Shown here piece after piece: positions 47,636 to 57,961 of a stretch of 64,000 bases of DNA; the first letter of the stretch is position 1, and each line of letters starts with the position of its first letter. This DNA is from Chloroflexota bacterium (lineage in GTDB: Bacteria > Chloroflexota > Chloroflexia > Chloroflexales > Herpetosiphonaceae): positions 235,024-299,023 of the forward strand of contig JAIUOC010000003.1 in the NCBI GenBank assembly GCA_020161265.1, written 5' to 3'. The notes beneath the pieces were generated by a model. That model was not told the DNA's origin. It saw only the letters and a program-made list of their open reading frames with translations, and searched no databases. The translations under genes were made by a program, and so were the position numbers.

Positions 47636-48510
47636 TGCCTACGATTCACTCTCTACTTCCTGCATATGAGCGTTCTATGCGCTCACGTGGGCAACGCCCA
47701 AGGGGTATCCAACGCTATATCGCCCATCTCCGCAGCTTCCTCGTTCACGCTGGGAATGATTTTGATATCGTTGATCTGAAGCCACGCGACATTCGCAGGT
47801 TTCAAGAAGTCCGTTGTGAGGAAGTGGCCCTTCGCACCGTCCATGGTGCGTTGACGGCCCTTCGCTCGTTTTGCCTTTGGGCTATCGAGGAAGAGTACAT
47901 TGCAGACGATCCGACTGCGCGAATGCGATGGCCCAAGCTACCAGAAACAGCCCCAAAAGCATTGACGCGTCAACAGCTTCGCCGTTTGATGACAGCCCTA
48001 GAAGAGCCGATTGACTTGGCTACTCATGAGCGATGGCAATGGCGGCGAAATAGACGGGTTATTTTATTGATGTTATTTGCTGGGTTGCGTATGTCGGAAG
48101 TGATTGACCTACGCTGGCGCGATGTCGATCTTGATAATCGCGTCTTGGTTGTGCGTGATGGAAAGGGCGGGCGAGCACGTTCGCTACCCATTCATGCAGC
48201 ATTGGCAAAAGAGCTTAGTCGTGTTGCTATAAAAGATCCAGAGTATGCGGTTGCTGGTCGGAGCGATGGTGCTCCAGTATCCCGCGATCACGATAAGATG
48301 TTTCGGCGCTGGTTGAAGGAACGTGGTGTCGAGTTGAGTGCTCACCAGCTGCGTCACACGTTTGCGACTGAATTAATGCGGAGTGGTGCAAATTTACGGT
48401 ATATCCAAGAACTTATGGGCCACCGTAGTATTGAAACCACCCAACGCTATCTCTTGGTCGAGCCAGATGTGCTACGGGTTGCTGTAGCACAAATGCCTGC
48501 TGCCTGGTAG
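47636..48510 (+). CDS. int: tyrosine integrase
   Basis: RBS GAGGAG; catalytic motifs LRMSEV..., HQLRHTFAT, HRSIETTQRY; adjacent to att repeat. Confidence 0.8.
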
Positions 48511-48541
48511 GTTTTATCTCCTCTAGATGAGGGATTGTAGC

Positions 48542-48644
48542 CGAGTCCCTCATCACCCACCAATGCCACTTTAGCTCAGTTGGTAGAGCATACGACTGAA
48601 AATTGTAGGGTCTCCGGTTCGAGCCCGGAAGGTGGCACCAAATC
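48542..48644 (+). repeat. attR-like 103-bp direct repeat
   Basis: Identical to 11839..11941. Confidence 0.7.
48565..48640 (+). tRNA. tRNA-Phe (GAA), second identical copy within the att repeat
   Basis: Same 76-nt sequence as 11862..11937. Confidence 0.8.
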
Positions 48645-48645
48645 A

Positions 48646-48685
48646 AACCACTGGTTGAAAAACCAGTGGTTTTTGTTGTTTAGTT
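48646..48685 (+). terminator. rho-independent terminator
   Basis: aaccactggtt gaaa aaccagtggtt + TTTTTGTTGTTT. Confidence 0.5.
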
Positions 48686-50098
48686 CATTTGAACAAATGG
48701 GGTGAAAAGTTCATAGCTCACCGGGCTGAGCCAGCGCTCAATCGCTGGCCGATCCCGCTCGCGGCTGAAAATCGCAATGAATGGTTGTAAACAACGGGCC
48801 TCATCACAGCCGTTCAAACGCGCACCAGTGACGCTCCAGCCAAGGTTCGTTGGGCTGAATACTTGGGTGTCGAGTTGACCAACCCAGTGCTGTTGACTTG
48901 GTGTGGTGCTGCTCCCTTGTACGTTGTAATAAGCCCAGCCCGGCGGTGGCGCAGTAAAATCATCAAAAATGCTGCTCGAAAGCGTCGGATATTGTTTGGT
49001 ACTGCTGTGATAAAAGCTTACCGCTACATCATCACGCCCATTGACCGCCACACTCGGCAGCGAGAAGCCGTTTTGGGCATTGAAAATAAATGGCCGCGCT
49101 AAACTGAATGGTAATAAACTTAGATCACGTTCATACATTCGCACCGCATCAATATAGGGAAAGGTAATCGTATTGCTGGAAACTGCATTCCACATAAAAC
49201 CAACAGTGCCTTTGGCCACCCAACCTGCGCGGATTCGCCCATCATCATCACTACACCAATTGCGCTGATCTGGGGTTGGGCAAATGCGTGCGCCAGCTGT
49301 CCACTCAGCAACATTGAGATCGCTACTGGTTGGAATTGGCTGGTTCTCATCCCAAGCGTAAACCCGCAGGCTAGTTTGATTGATGTGGGTTGCAAAATAC
49401 ATCATATCTTTAGCACCCCGCACCAAGTGCCAAGCCCGCTCAGTGCTTGAGGAGTAACTTCGAATAAAGGGTAAATCGTCTTCAAGTGTATCAGTTTGAA
49501 TCTGGCTGACCCATGTGCTATCAATGGCCCCGCCGATTGGCTGCCGTTCCATTGCCAGCCAAATTTGATTAGCGCTGAGTTCAAGTTGGGGATCAACCCA
49601 AGTAAAACCTTGGGTGGCGGGCACATCGTACCATTCCCAGGCTTGTTCGGCCAAGCCAGCACTATCGGTGTAGGCAATGCGCACAAGCCCACGCTGGGCA
49701 TCGGGTGCATACTGCAACAACCAAATAAAGAGATCACGGCCATAATCATAGGCAAAGGCTTGTTGGCAACACAGGCCGCCTGCTGCCGTAGGAAACAGCG
49801 TCAATGGATCGAGTTGCTGCCAATGATTGCCTGCATCAAGCGAAAAAAAGGTTTTTTGGCCAACCCCAACTAACCAACTATCGCCGCTGGCGACCCCACG
49901 CACCGCATCGCCAAAATTCATTGAGGTTGGGATAGGATGCAGCCGCAGAACCTGAAATGCACCTGCTGGATCACCCTCACCTTCACCAAAAATATGTTCT
50001 GTAGAGCCTTGATCAGCAGCTTGGGCTTGGGGTATGCTTCCCAGCACGATCGCTACCAACAGCCCAACTAGGGCGACCCTCAACCAAACCATGAGCAT
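48680..50098 (-). CDS. secreted hypothetical protein (signal peptide)
   Basis: 472 aa; N-terminal LVGLLVAIVLGSIPQAQA. Confidence 0.45.
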   Translation of the reverse strand: MLMVWLRVALVGLLVAIVLGSIPQAQAADQGSTEHIFGEGEGDPAGAFQVLRLHPIPTSMNFGDAVRGVASGDSWLVGVGQKTFFSLDAGNHWQQLDPLTLFPTAAGGLCCQQAFAYDYGRDLFIWLLQYAPDAQRGLVRIAYTDSAGLAEQAWEWYDVPATQGFTWVDPQLELSANQIWLAMERQPIGGAIDSTWVSQIQTDTLEDDLPFIRSYSSSTERAWHLVRGAKDMMYFATHINQTSLRVYAWDENQPIPTSSDLNVAEWTAGARICPTPDQRNWCSDDDGRIRAGWVAKGTVGFMWNAVSSNTITFPYIDAVRMYERDLSLLPFSLARPFIFNAQNGFSLPSVAVNGRDDVAVSFYHSSTKQYPTLSSSIFDDFTAPPPGWAYYNVQGSSTTPSQQHWVGQLDTQVFSPTNLGWSVTGARLNGCDEARCLQPFIAIFSRERDRPAIERWLSPVSYELFTPFVQMN

Positions 50099-50228
50099 AA
50101 TCCTTTCAACAGTGACCTTCGATTGAGCGCAACTATACCCCTGAATGGAGATTGTGACAAAAGTTTGTGACAGTTGTTGTCACAACTTGCTGCTATGCTC
50201 AAATCCAACATTGGCTAGGAGGTCTGCG

Positions 50229-50624
50229 ATGCATCCAATAACTGGAATTGAAGCAGTATTGCAATGGTTTGCTGAACGCTATTCATCAAGCGAGGCTGAG
50301 CAAATTCGGAGTGCGGTCAATGCCAATACTCGTTTGCTCAAGGCCTGGCGTACCAATCCAGCCAATGCCCGCCCTTTGGCCAGCGATAAACATTTGTGGT
50401 GCTTGCTGGGCGCGATGTATGGCAACGCGATTTTGGCCCAAGCTCAAGCGGTGTATCGCCAAGCCACAGCCCATTACCAACGCTGGCTCAATCGCCGCCG
50501 CAATCTCCAAACGGTTGAAGTTCGTTTGCAAGGCGATCTCGCCCGTTTTGGCGAACAACACCCCCGCACTCAACGGACTTTGGCGCAATTACAACGCCTG
50601 CATCAAGAATTATTAGCCGCTTAA
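50229..50624 (+). CDS. hypothetical protein
   Basis: RBS AGGAGG before ATG 50229. Confidence 0.35.
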   Translation: MHPITGIEAVLQWFAERYSSSEAEQIRSAVNANTRLLKAWRTNPANARPLASDKHLWCLLGAMYGNAILAQAQAVYRQATAHYQRWLNRRRNLQTVEVRLQGDLARFGEQHPRTQRTLAQLQRLHQELLAA

Positions 50625-50851
50625 TCAACTGCTCATTTTGGCATTTCCTGCGAGCTTAGGCTAAAAAAGGCCTTGGCTTAATTGGCATGGCTTGAAAATT
50701 CGCCTAAAATAGCCGCTTTTTACCGCAAAATCGTACTATACTAGAATAAACGCGGTTTTTTCCGATTTTATTGACAGAAAATGATTATCGATTTATAATC
50801 ATTCTCAATAACCATGCGACGGTATGGTCAAAGGCATAATGCGAGGTATCT

Positions 50852-51514
50852 ATGACCGTGTTTGGTATCCGAGAAGGAACGCCCGCCGGCGATATTTTGA
50901 GCTACATTCAGCGTAAAGGTTCAGCGACTGTCAAGGAATTGGAAGATGCGCTGGCTGTGAGCACAACTGCGGTGCGCGAGCAACTAACCCATCTCACCAA
51001 TCAAGGTCTTATTGCACCAACCAAAATTCGCCAAGGACCAGGCCGCCCTTCCTACCGCTATACTCTGACTGCTAAGGCTCAATCGCTCTTTCCCAAGGGC
51101 TACGATGTGCTTTTGAATGTGTTGCTGGAAGAAATTTTGGCGACCGAAGGCCCAGAAGGTATGGCTCAGTTGCTCAGTCGGGTGGGCACACGCTTGGCTA
51201 CGCTCTACACGGGCGATCATCCCGCCAATGTGGCTTTGCGTGAGCGTTTGATGCAATTCGTCTACACGATGAACCGCAAAGGGATGTCGATCAATGTGGC
51301 CGAATCGCCTGGCGGTGGATGGGTGGTGAGTGAGTATGCCTGCCCTTATTTTGAGGTGGCCCAAACTCACGATAGCCTGTGCAGCATGGAACGCCAAATG
51401 ATGGAAACTGCGCTCGGCCATGAAGTTGAAATTCAACGACGTATGGTCGAAGGTCATAATGGCTGTCACTTTGTGATCAAAGCCGATGAGATTGGGATCG
51501 AGAAGCATAACTAA
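50852..51514 (+). CDS. sufR: SufR-type iron-sulfur cluster biosynthesis transcriptional regulator
   Basis: N-terminal wHTH; C-terminal Cys cluster (CPYFE...LCSME...GCHF); upstream of suf operon. Confidence 0.55.
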   Translation: MTVFGIREGTPAGDILSYIQRKGSATVKELEDALAVSTTAVREQLTHLTNQGLIAPTKIRQGPGRPSYRYTLTAKAQSLFPKGYDVLLNVLLEEILATEGPEGMAQLLSRVGTRLATLYTGDHPANVALRERLMQFVYTMNRKGMSINVAESPGGGWVVSEYACPYFEVAQTHDSLCSMERQMMETALGHEVEIQRRMVEGHNGCHFVIKADEIGIEKHN

Positions 51515-51587
51515 GTTCTTTGGCGGCTGGCGATGCAGGGGGCATGCCACGCTGTTGTGTTGAATAGCAATCTTGAATAGGAGTGTC

Positions 51588-52379
51588 ATGAGCGCCAACA
51601 ATTTGGTCATTCGCAACTTGCACGTTGCGGTCGATGGCAAAGAAATTCTTAAAGGCATTAATCTCACCATCGAAGAAGGCAAAATTCACGCCATCATGGG
51701 GCCAAATGGCTCAGGCAAGTCAACCTTGGCATACACCCTCGCTGGTCACCCACGCTATGAAGTGACCGAAGGCGAAGTTTGGTACAAAGGCCAAGATGTG
51801 CTTGATCTCGAACCAAATGATCGTTCAAAATTGGGCTTATTCTTGGCCTTCCAATATCCAGTGGCGGTTGCTGGTGTAACTGTTGCCAACTTCTTGCGGG
51901 CAGCCTTGAACGCCCATCGCGCTCAAGAAGGCGTTGATCCCAAATCAACCGCCATTCCAATGGCTGAATATCGCAAAGTGATCAAAGCCCGCATGGATAT
52001 GCTGGAAATGGCTCCTGACTTTGCCCGCCGCTATTTGAACGAAGGTTTCTCGGGCGGTGAAAAGAAACGCCTTGAAATTTTGCAAATGGCCATGTTGCAG
52101 CCTTCAATCTCGATCATGGACGAAACCGACTCAGGCCTTGATATCGACGCTTTGAAGATTGTGGCCGAAGGGGTCAACAAAGTTAAAGCTGAAAAGCCTG
52201 AATTAGGCGTGTTGGTAATTACCCACTACCAACGCTTGCTCAACTACATCAAGCCCGATTATGTGCATGTTTTGATGAACGGCCAAATTGTGCGCGAAGG
52301 CGGCCCCGACATGGCCTTAGAACTCGAAGAAAAAGGTTACGATTTCATTCGAGAGGAAGTGTTCGGCAATGCCAGCTAA
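51588..52379 (+). CDS. sufC: Fe-S cluster assembly ATPase SufC
   Basis: Walker A GPNGSGKST, ABC signature SGGEKKR. Confidence 0.85.
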   Translation: MSANNLVIRNLHVAVDGKEILKGINLTIEEGKIHAIMGPNGSGKSTLAYTLAGHPRYEVTEGEVWYKGQDVLDLEPNDRSKLGLFLAFQYPVAVAGVTVANFLRAALNAHRAQEGVDPKSTAIPMAEYRKVIKARMDMLEMAPDFARRYLNEGFSGGEKKRLEILQMAMLQPSISIMDETDSGLDIDALKIVAEGVNKVKAEKPELGVLVITHYQRLLNYIKPDYVHVLMNGQIVREGGPDMALELEEKGYDFIREEVFGNAS

Positions 52380-53559
52380 TTTGCAATCTACCTTTGATCT
52401 GGCACAATTTGAGGCTTTGCTGGCCAGCCGCAACGAGCCAAGCTGGCTGACCAGCCGCCGTCGCGAAGCTTGGGAAGCATTCGAAACCGCTGAGCAACCA
52501 GATTGGCGACGAACCAATTTGAAGGGCTTCAATATCGCCGATTACACGCTGGCTGAGGCCGAAGTTTCAGTTGATTTTGCTGGCGCGGAAGGCGTGACGA
52601 TTCTGCCTTTAGCCGAAGCGATTCAAAGCCATGCCGAATTGGTGCAACGAGTGCTTGGTAGCGCCGTCCAAACCAGCCGCGATCCATTTTCAGCGCTCAA
52701 TAATGCTTTGGTCAACGGCGGGATTTTCATCCACGTTGCCAAAGATGTTGCGGTTGAAGAATTGGTGCGAATTCGCTATCACCTCAGCAATCCTGGCACG
52801 GTTGTCGCACCCCGCACATTAATCGTCACTGAACGCCATAGCTCGATCAACGTGATCGAAGAAATTAGCTCAGCTGATTTTGCTGGCAGCGCAGTGGTCT
52901 TGACGGGTGCTGAAATTGAGGTTGGCGATGGTGGCCAAGTTGGCTTCAGCAGCGTGCAAACCTTGAACAGCAATGTCTATGTGTTAGGCAGTCAACAAAT
53001 TCGCATCAACCGCGATGCCCAAGCCGAATGGCTAAACGTGGTGGTTGGTAGCGCTGTGCAGCACGTCACCTTGGAAGCCAATTTGAGCGGTAACGGATCA
53101 AGCGTCAATTGGAATGGCTTGTTGTATGGTAATGGCAAGCAAAACTTGCTGGTTGCGCCCAAGCTCAATCACATTGGCTTGAATACCGAAGGCCAAATCA
53201 ACTTCAAAACCGTGGTCGATGATGAAGCCTATGCCGTTTTCGATGGCATGGTCAAAATCCCTGCCACGGGCCAAGGCACCAACTCCGACTTGCGCGAAAA
53301 TGCCTTGCACTTGAGCAAAACTTCACGCTCGGATTCAATTCCAGGCTTGGAGATTGATGCCAATGAAGTTAAGGCAGGCCACGGCTCGACTAGCGGCCAA
53401 ATCGATGAAGAGCAGTTGTTCTATCTGCAATCGCGTGGTTTGCCGTTTGCCGAAGCCAAGCGCACGATCGTGTTGGGCTTTGTCGGCGAAATCATCGATA
53501 TGATTCCTGATGAAGCTGTGCGCGAACGGGTCGAAACCATCGTCGCCGAAAAAGTCTAA
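52369..53559 (+). CDS. sufD: Fe-S cluster assembly protein SufD
   Basis: SufB/D-family C-terminal motifs (DEEQLFYLQSRG). Confidence 0.8.
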   Translation: MPANLQSTFDLAQFEALLASRNEPSWLTSRRREAWEAFETAEQPDWRRTNLKGFNIADYTLAEAEVSVDFAGAEGVTILPLAEAIQSHAELVQRVLGSAVQTSRDPFSALNNALVNGGIFIHVAKDVAVEELVRIRYHLSNPGTVVAPRTLIVTERHSSINVIEEISSADFAGSAVVLTGAEIEVGDGGQVGFSSVQTLNSNVYVLGSQQIRINRDAQAEWLNVVVGSAVQHVTLEANLSGNGSSVNWNGLLYGNGKQNLLVAPKLNHIGLNTEGQINFKTVVDDEAYAVFDGMVKIPATGQGTNSDLRENALHLSKTSRSDSIPGLEIDANEVKAGHGSTSGQIDEEQLFYLQSRGLPFAEAKRTIVLGFVGEIIDMIPDEAVRERVETIVAEKV

Positions 53560-53584
53560 GCATCAAAAATCTTCGTGGTTTCAG

Positions 53585-53640
53585 TCAATGTATAAGATTG
53601 AAACCACGAAGAGCACGAAGAACGCTAAGATCGATAAGTT
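53585..53640. repeat. CTTCGTG-rich repeat copy (inverted orientation) forming a hairpin after sufD
   Basis: tcttcgtggtttca...tgaaaccacgaagagcacgaagaa. Confidence 0.4.
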
Positions 53641-53721
53641 ATAAGATCAGAATTGATTCGCCAAAAATGAATAACAAAGGTATCTAAATGATATCCATTG
53701 ACTCATTTTGGAGAAACAATT

Positions 53722-54108
53722 ATGCCTTTATTGTTAGCTGATGAAGCATTCGCAGTAGTTGGAGCGGCGATTGACGTACATCGTGAGTTGGGTAGCGGAT
53801 TTCTAGAAGCTGTCTATCAAGAGGCACTTGAATTCGAATTGACCCAACGTCAAATTCCTTTTATACGTCAACAGCCATTGCCAATTCGCTATAAACAAAC
53901 GATCTTAAATAAACTCTATATTGCCGATTTGGTTTGCTTCGACCAGATTATTGTTGAAATAAAGGCAATTCAACGATTAACATCGGTTGAACATGCTCAA
54001 TTATTAAATTATCTCAAGGCGACGCATAAACCGCTAGGGATCTTAATGAATTTTCATAGTCGGCCAACACTGGAATGGAAACGCTTAATTTTGAGTAACG
54101 ATACTTAG
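53722..54108 (+). CDS. GxxExxY-family protein (PD-(D/E)XK-like)
   Basis: GSGFLEAVY motif; inserted between sufD and sufS. Confidence 0.55.
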   Translation: MPLLLADEAFAVVGAAIDVHRELGSGFLEAVYQEALEFELTQRQIPFIRQQPLPIRYKQTILNKLYIADLVCFDQIIVEIKAIQRLTSVEHAQLLNYLKATHKPLGILMNFHSRPTLEWKRLILSNDT

Positions 54109-54111
54109 CGA

Positions 54112-54172
54112 TCTTCGCGTCCTTCGCGGTTCCTATTCTTCGTGCTCTTCGTGTCCTTCGTGGATCAAATAA
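54112..54172. repeat. tandem CTTCGYG nonamer repeat element ending GTGGATCAAAT
   Basis: tcttcgcgtccttcgcggttcctattcttcgtgctcttcgtgtccttcgtggatcaaat; related copy at 60702..60768. Confidence 0.4.
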
Positions 54173-54214
54173 ACAATTCGTGGGCTCCTTTATGGAATCG
54201 GATATTGGTGAGTT

Positions 54215-55453
54215 ATGTCTGTACAAACAACCCTTGATATTCAGGCCATTCGCGAGCAATTTCCGCTCTTGGATCAATCGATTAACGGCCATCGCCTAGC
54301 CTATTTGGATAGCACCGCAACTGCCCAAAAGCCGCTAGCAGTGCTTGATGCGATGGATCGCTATTATCGCACGATTAATGCGAATGTTCATCGAGGTGTG
54401 TATCAGATTAGTGAAGCTGCCACCGAAGCCTATGAAGGCACGCGCCGCACGATTGGCCGCTTTATCGGCGCGAAATCGACCAAAGAAATTATTTTTACTC
54501 GCAACGCCACCGAAGCGATTAACTTGGTTGCCCAAAGCTGGGGCCGAGCCAATTTGCAAGCGGGCGATCGAATTTTGCTCACAGTCAGCGAACATCATTC
54601 CAATTTAGTGCCATGGCAATTGCTAGCAGCCCAAATTGGCCTAGAGCTTGATTTTATCGAGCTTGATGCGCAAGGCCGACTTGATCTCAGTGACCTTGAT
54701 CAACTATTGACTGAACGCACCAAATTGGTCGCCATGACCCACATGTCGAATGTGTTGGGCACGATCAATCCAGTTGAACGTGTGATTGCTGCTGCCAAAC
54801 AGGTTGGAGCCTTGGTGCTGCTGGATGGGGCGCAAAGCGTGCCCCATATTCCTGTCAATGTTCAAGCGCTTGGCTGCGATTTCTTGGCCTTTTCGGGGCA
54901 TAAAATGTGTGGACCAACTGGCATTGGGGTGCTGTGGGCGCGACGCGAATTGCTTGAAGCGATGCCACCGTTTATGGGTGGTGGCGATATGATCAAACGG
55001 GTCGGGCTACGCGAAAGCTCTTGGAACGATCTCCCATGGAAATTCGAGGCAGGTACGCCAGCAATTGCCGAGGCGATTGGCCTTGGCGCGGCGATTGACT
55101 TCTTGAATGAACTTGGGATGCAGGCGATTCACGAGCGCGAACGCCAATTGACCAACTACGCTTGGGATAAACTTAGCGGCATCGATGGGTTGACCATTTT
55201 TGGTCCACCTGCTGCCGAGCGCGGTGGCTTGTTGAGTTTTACCCTCGCAGGCGTGCATGCCCATGATGTGGCAGCGATTCTCGATACCCAAGGGATTGCA
55301 GTGCGGGCTGGACATCATTGTACCCATCCGTTGCACGATATTTTTGGCGTGCCAGCAACGGTACGCGCATCATTCTACCTATACACGCTTGAGGAAGAAA
55401 TTGATCGTTTGGCCGAAGCCTTGGTTTTGGCTCGCGATACCTTCCAACTGTGA
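54215..55453 (+). CDS. sufS: cysteine desulfurase SufS
   Basis: PLP lysine motif SGHKMCGPTGIG, C-terminal RAGHHC. Confidence 0.85.
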   Translation: MSVQTTLDIQAIREQFPLLDQSINGHRLAYLDSTATAQKPLAVLDAMDRYYRTINANVHRGVYQISEAATEAYEGTRRTIGRFIGAKSTKEIIFTRNATEAINLVAQSWGRANLQAGDRILLTVSEHHSNLVPWQLLAAQIGLELDFIELDAQGRLDLSDLDQLLTERTKLVAMTHMSNVLGTINPVERVIAAAKQVGALVLLDGAQSVPHIPVNVQALGCDFLAFSGHKMCGPTGIGVLWARRELLEAMPPFMGGGDMIKRVGLRESSWNDLPWKFEAGTPAIAEAIGLGAAIDFLNELGMQAIHERERQLTNYAWDKLSGIDGLTIFGPPAAERGGLLSFTLAGVHAHDVAAILDTQGIAVRAGHHCTHPLHDIFGVPATVRASFYLYTLEEEIDRLAEALVLARDTFQL

Positions 55454-55459
55454 GGCCTT

Positions 55460-55855
55460 GTGGACGATTTATATCGTGAAAATATATTAGATCATTATCG
55501 CCATCCGCGAAATTACGGCGAGATCGAGCAAGCAACGATTGTGCAACACGAGCATAACCCGTTGTGCGGCGATCAACTCAGCATTTATTTGCTAGTCGAA
55601 AACGAGCGGATTGTTGATGTAAAATTTAAAGGCAAAGGCTGCGCGATCAGCCAAGCTTCAGCCTCGATGCTCAGCGAAGAACTTGCTGGCAAAAGCGTTG
55701 ATGAGGCCAAAGCCTTTGATAAACAAACCATCCTCGATTTATTGGGGATACCGATTGGACCCGTGCGGCTCAAGTGTGCCTTGCTCTCGCTCAAAACGCT
55801 CAAAGCTGGTCTCTACGGAGTCAATCTGGTTGACGACGATGAGGATAGCCTTTGA
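55460..55855 (+). CDS. sufU: SUF system Fe-S scaffold SufU (NifU-like N-terminal)
   Basis: NPLCGD, GKGCAISQAS, LKCALL motifs. Confidence 0.8.
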   Translation: MDDLYRENILDHYRHPRNYGEIEQATIVQHEHNPLCGDQLSIYLLVENERIVDVKFKGKGCAISQASASMLSEELAGKSVDEAKAFDKQTILDLLGIPIGPVRLKCALLSLKTLKAGLYGVNLVDDDEDSL

Positions 55856-56082
55856 TCCAGTCCGTTCGACATCCGGCACTAATTAGTATTATCCGATTGA
55901 TTAAGTTGGCTGGAGTCGGATTCGCTTTCTGGGCAACCTATGCCTTGTTCGAACGATTGCGTGAGCAGCGCTATCAACAATCAATTGCCACGGTAATAGC
56001 TGAATTTTCTGCTAACGAATGGCAGCATTTAGAAACAGAATTGCAAGATTCTGAATCAAGTAATCTCATCACTTATTCGTGA
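55852..56082 (+). CDS. small membrane protein
   Basis: 76-aa ORF with one TM, overlaps sufU stop. Confidence 0.3.
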   Translation: MIQSVRHPALISIIRLIKLAGVGFAFWATYALFERLREQRYQQSIATVIAEFSANEWQHLETELQDSESSNLITYS

Positions 56083-56105
56083 TCACACTATAGGAGGCTC
56101 AGGGC

Positions 56106-57524
56106 ATGTCCAACCCTGCACAAAACGAGATCGAGTTTGATTACTCGAAGTACGGCTTTCGCGACGAAGAGAACTACACATTCAAATCTTCAAAAGGTCT
56201 GAGTGCCGATATTGTGCGCACGATCTCGGAAATGAAGGGCGAACCTGAATGGATGTTGCAACGCCGCTTGAAGGCGCTGGAAATTTTCCACAAGAAGCCA
56301 TTGCCAACCACTGGCGTATGGGCTAACCCACGCTTGGTCGAGTTGGATTTCCAAGATATTCACTATTATGTGCGGCCTGGCGAACGCGCCGAAAATAGCT
56401 GGGACGATGTGCCAGAAAATATCAAGAATACCTTTGAAAAATTGGGTATTCCTGAAGCTGAACGCAAGTTCTTGGCTGGCGTTGGCGCTCAATACGAATC
56501 AGAAGTTGTTTACCACTCGTTGCGTGAAGAGTGGGAAAAACTGGGCGTGATCTTTCTTGATACCGATACTGGTTTGAAAGAGTATCCAGAATTGTTCAAG
56601 GAATATTTCGGCACGATCATTCCTTCAGCCGATAACAAATTTGCTGCCTTGAACACAGCAGTTTGGTCGGGTGGCTCGTTCGTGTATGTACCCAAGGGTG
56701 TCAAGGTCGATATTCCATTGCAAGCCTATTTCCGCATCAACGCTGAAAACATGGGCCAGTTCGAACGCACCTTGATTATCGTTGACGAAGGCGCAGAAGT
56801 TCACTATATCGAAGGTTGTACCGCGCCAGTCTACAGCACTAACTCATTGCACTCAGCGGTTGTGGAAATCATCATCAAAAAAGGTGGCAAATGCCGCTAT
56901 ACCACGATTCAAAACTGGGCCAATAATATCTTCAATTTGGTAACCAAACGCGCCGTAGCCTACGAAGATGCTTCAATGGAATGGGTCGATGGCAACATTG
57001 GCTCGAAGTTGACCATGAAGTATCCTGCGGTCTACATGATGGGTCGCGGCGCAAAGGGCGAGGTGCTCTCAGTCGCTTATGCTGGCGAAGGCCAACATCA
57101 AGACGCTGGAGCCAAGATGGTGCACGGCGCTCCCGACACCACCAGTCGCATCACCAACAAATCAGTCTCGAAGAACGGTGGTCGCACGACCTATCGTGGT
57201 TTGGCCAAGGTTATGCGCGGTGCACACAATGCCAAAATCAACGTGGTCTGTGATGCCTTGATTCTCGACAATCGCTCAGCCTCGGATACGATTCCTTATA
57301 TCGAGATCGAGGAAGATTCAGCAACCGTCGCCCACGAAGCAACCGTCGGCAAAATCGGCGAAGAGCAATTGTTCTATCTGATGAGCCGTGGTCTCGACGA
57401 AGCTGAAGCACTTTCGATGATTGTGTTGGGCTTTATGGAGCCATTCACCCGCGAATTGCCCATGGAATACGCTGTCGAATTGAACCGCTTGATCCAAATG
57501 GAAATGGAAGGTTCGGTCGGCTAG
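56106..57524 (+). CDS. sufB: Fe-S cluster assembly protein SufB
   Basis: 472 aa, characteristic SufB sequence ([13 protein letters not shown]). Confidence 0.9.
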   Translation: MSNPAQNEIEFDYSKYGFRDEENYTFKSSKGLSADIVRTISEMKGEPEWMLQRRLKALEIFHKKPLPTTGVWANPRLVELDFQDIHYYVRPGERAENSWDDVPENIKNTFEKLGIPEAERKFLAGVGAQYESEVVYHSLREEWEKLGVIFLDTDTGLKEYPELFKEYFGTIIPSADNKFAALNTAVWSGGSFVYVPKGVKVDIPLQAYFRINAENMGQFERTLIIVDEGAEVHYIEGCTAPVYSTNSLHSAVVEIIIKKGGKCRYTTIQNWANNIFNLVTKRAVAYEDASMEWVDGNIGSKLTMKYPAVYMMGRGAKGEVLSVAYAGEGQHQDAGAKMVHGAPDTTSRITNKSVSKNGGRTTYRGLAKVMRGAHNAKINVVCDALILDNRSASDTIPYIEIEEDSATVAHEATVGKIGEEQLFYLMSRGLDEAEALSMIVLGFMEPFTRELPMEYAVELNRLIQMEMEGSVG

Positions 57525-57619
57525 GCTTGGCCTATCAACGCCGAGGCGCAACCACTGCGTCCTCGGCGTTTTCTATGTCAGATCATTGTTAATCAATTTA
57601 GTTAATAAATTAAGGAATA

Positions 57620-57934
57620 ATGATGAGCTTTCAAATTGTTGCAACGCTGCAAGATTTGGCCGACACGCCAGCGATTCAAATTGACTTTGCTGGCGAACAA
57701 GTTGGGATTTTTCGCTGTGGCACGCAGTATTTCGCCACCAGCAACATTTGCACCCATGCCTATGCCGAATTGCATGAGGGCGAGTTGGATGTTGATGATT
57801 GTACAATCGAATGTCCGTTGCATGGCGCACGTTTTGATTTAGCTAGTGGTCGCCCGCGCTCGTTGCCAGCGACCGAACCATTGAAGGTCTATAGCCTTAA
57901 AATTGAAGGCGATCAAATTTTGCTTGAAGCTTAA
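57620..57934 (+). CDS. Rieske [2Fe-2S] ferredoxin
   Basis: CTH...CPLHG Rieske motifs. Confidence 0.7.
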   Translation: MMSFQIVATLQDLADTPAIQIDFAGEQVGIFRCGTQYFATSNICTHAYAELHEGELDVDDCTIECPLHGARFDLASGRPRSLPATEPLKVYSLKIEGDQILLEA

Positions 57935-57961
57935 CTATTAATCTTGATAAAGGAGCAATCG

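Larger units (their letters stand above)
11942..48541. mobile_element. integrated temperate phage / phage-plasmid-like element (about 36.6 kb) at tRNA-Phe
   Basis: Bounded by 103-bp direct repeats; contains integrase, repressor, lysis, terminase, portal, capsid and tail genes plus plasmid-like ParM/primase/FtsK module. Confidence 0.7.

Noticed and set aside
48565-48640. Second tRNA-Phe interpreted as a plain gene duplication
   Set aside because: The duplicated segment also includes the last 21 nt of tRNA-Val and 4 nt of downstream flank, abuts an integrase, and encloses a complete prophage. An att repeat is the better explanation.
54112-54172. Possible CRISPR array (short tandem CTTCGTG-type repeats)
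   Set aside because: The units are only 9 nt with no spacers and no cas genes. This is a simple tandem repeat or REP/MITE-like element, not CRISPR.
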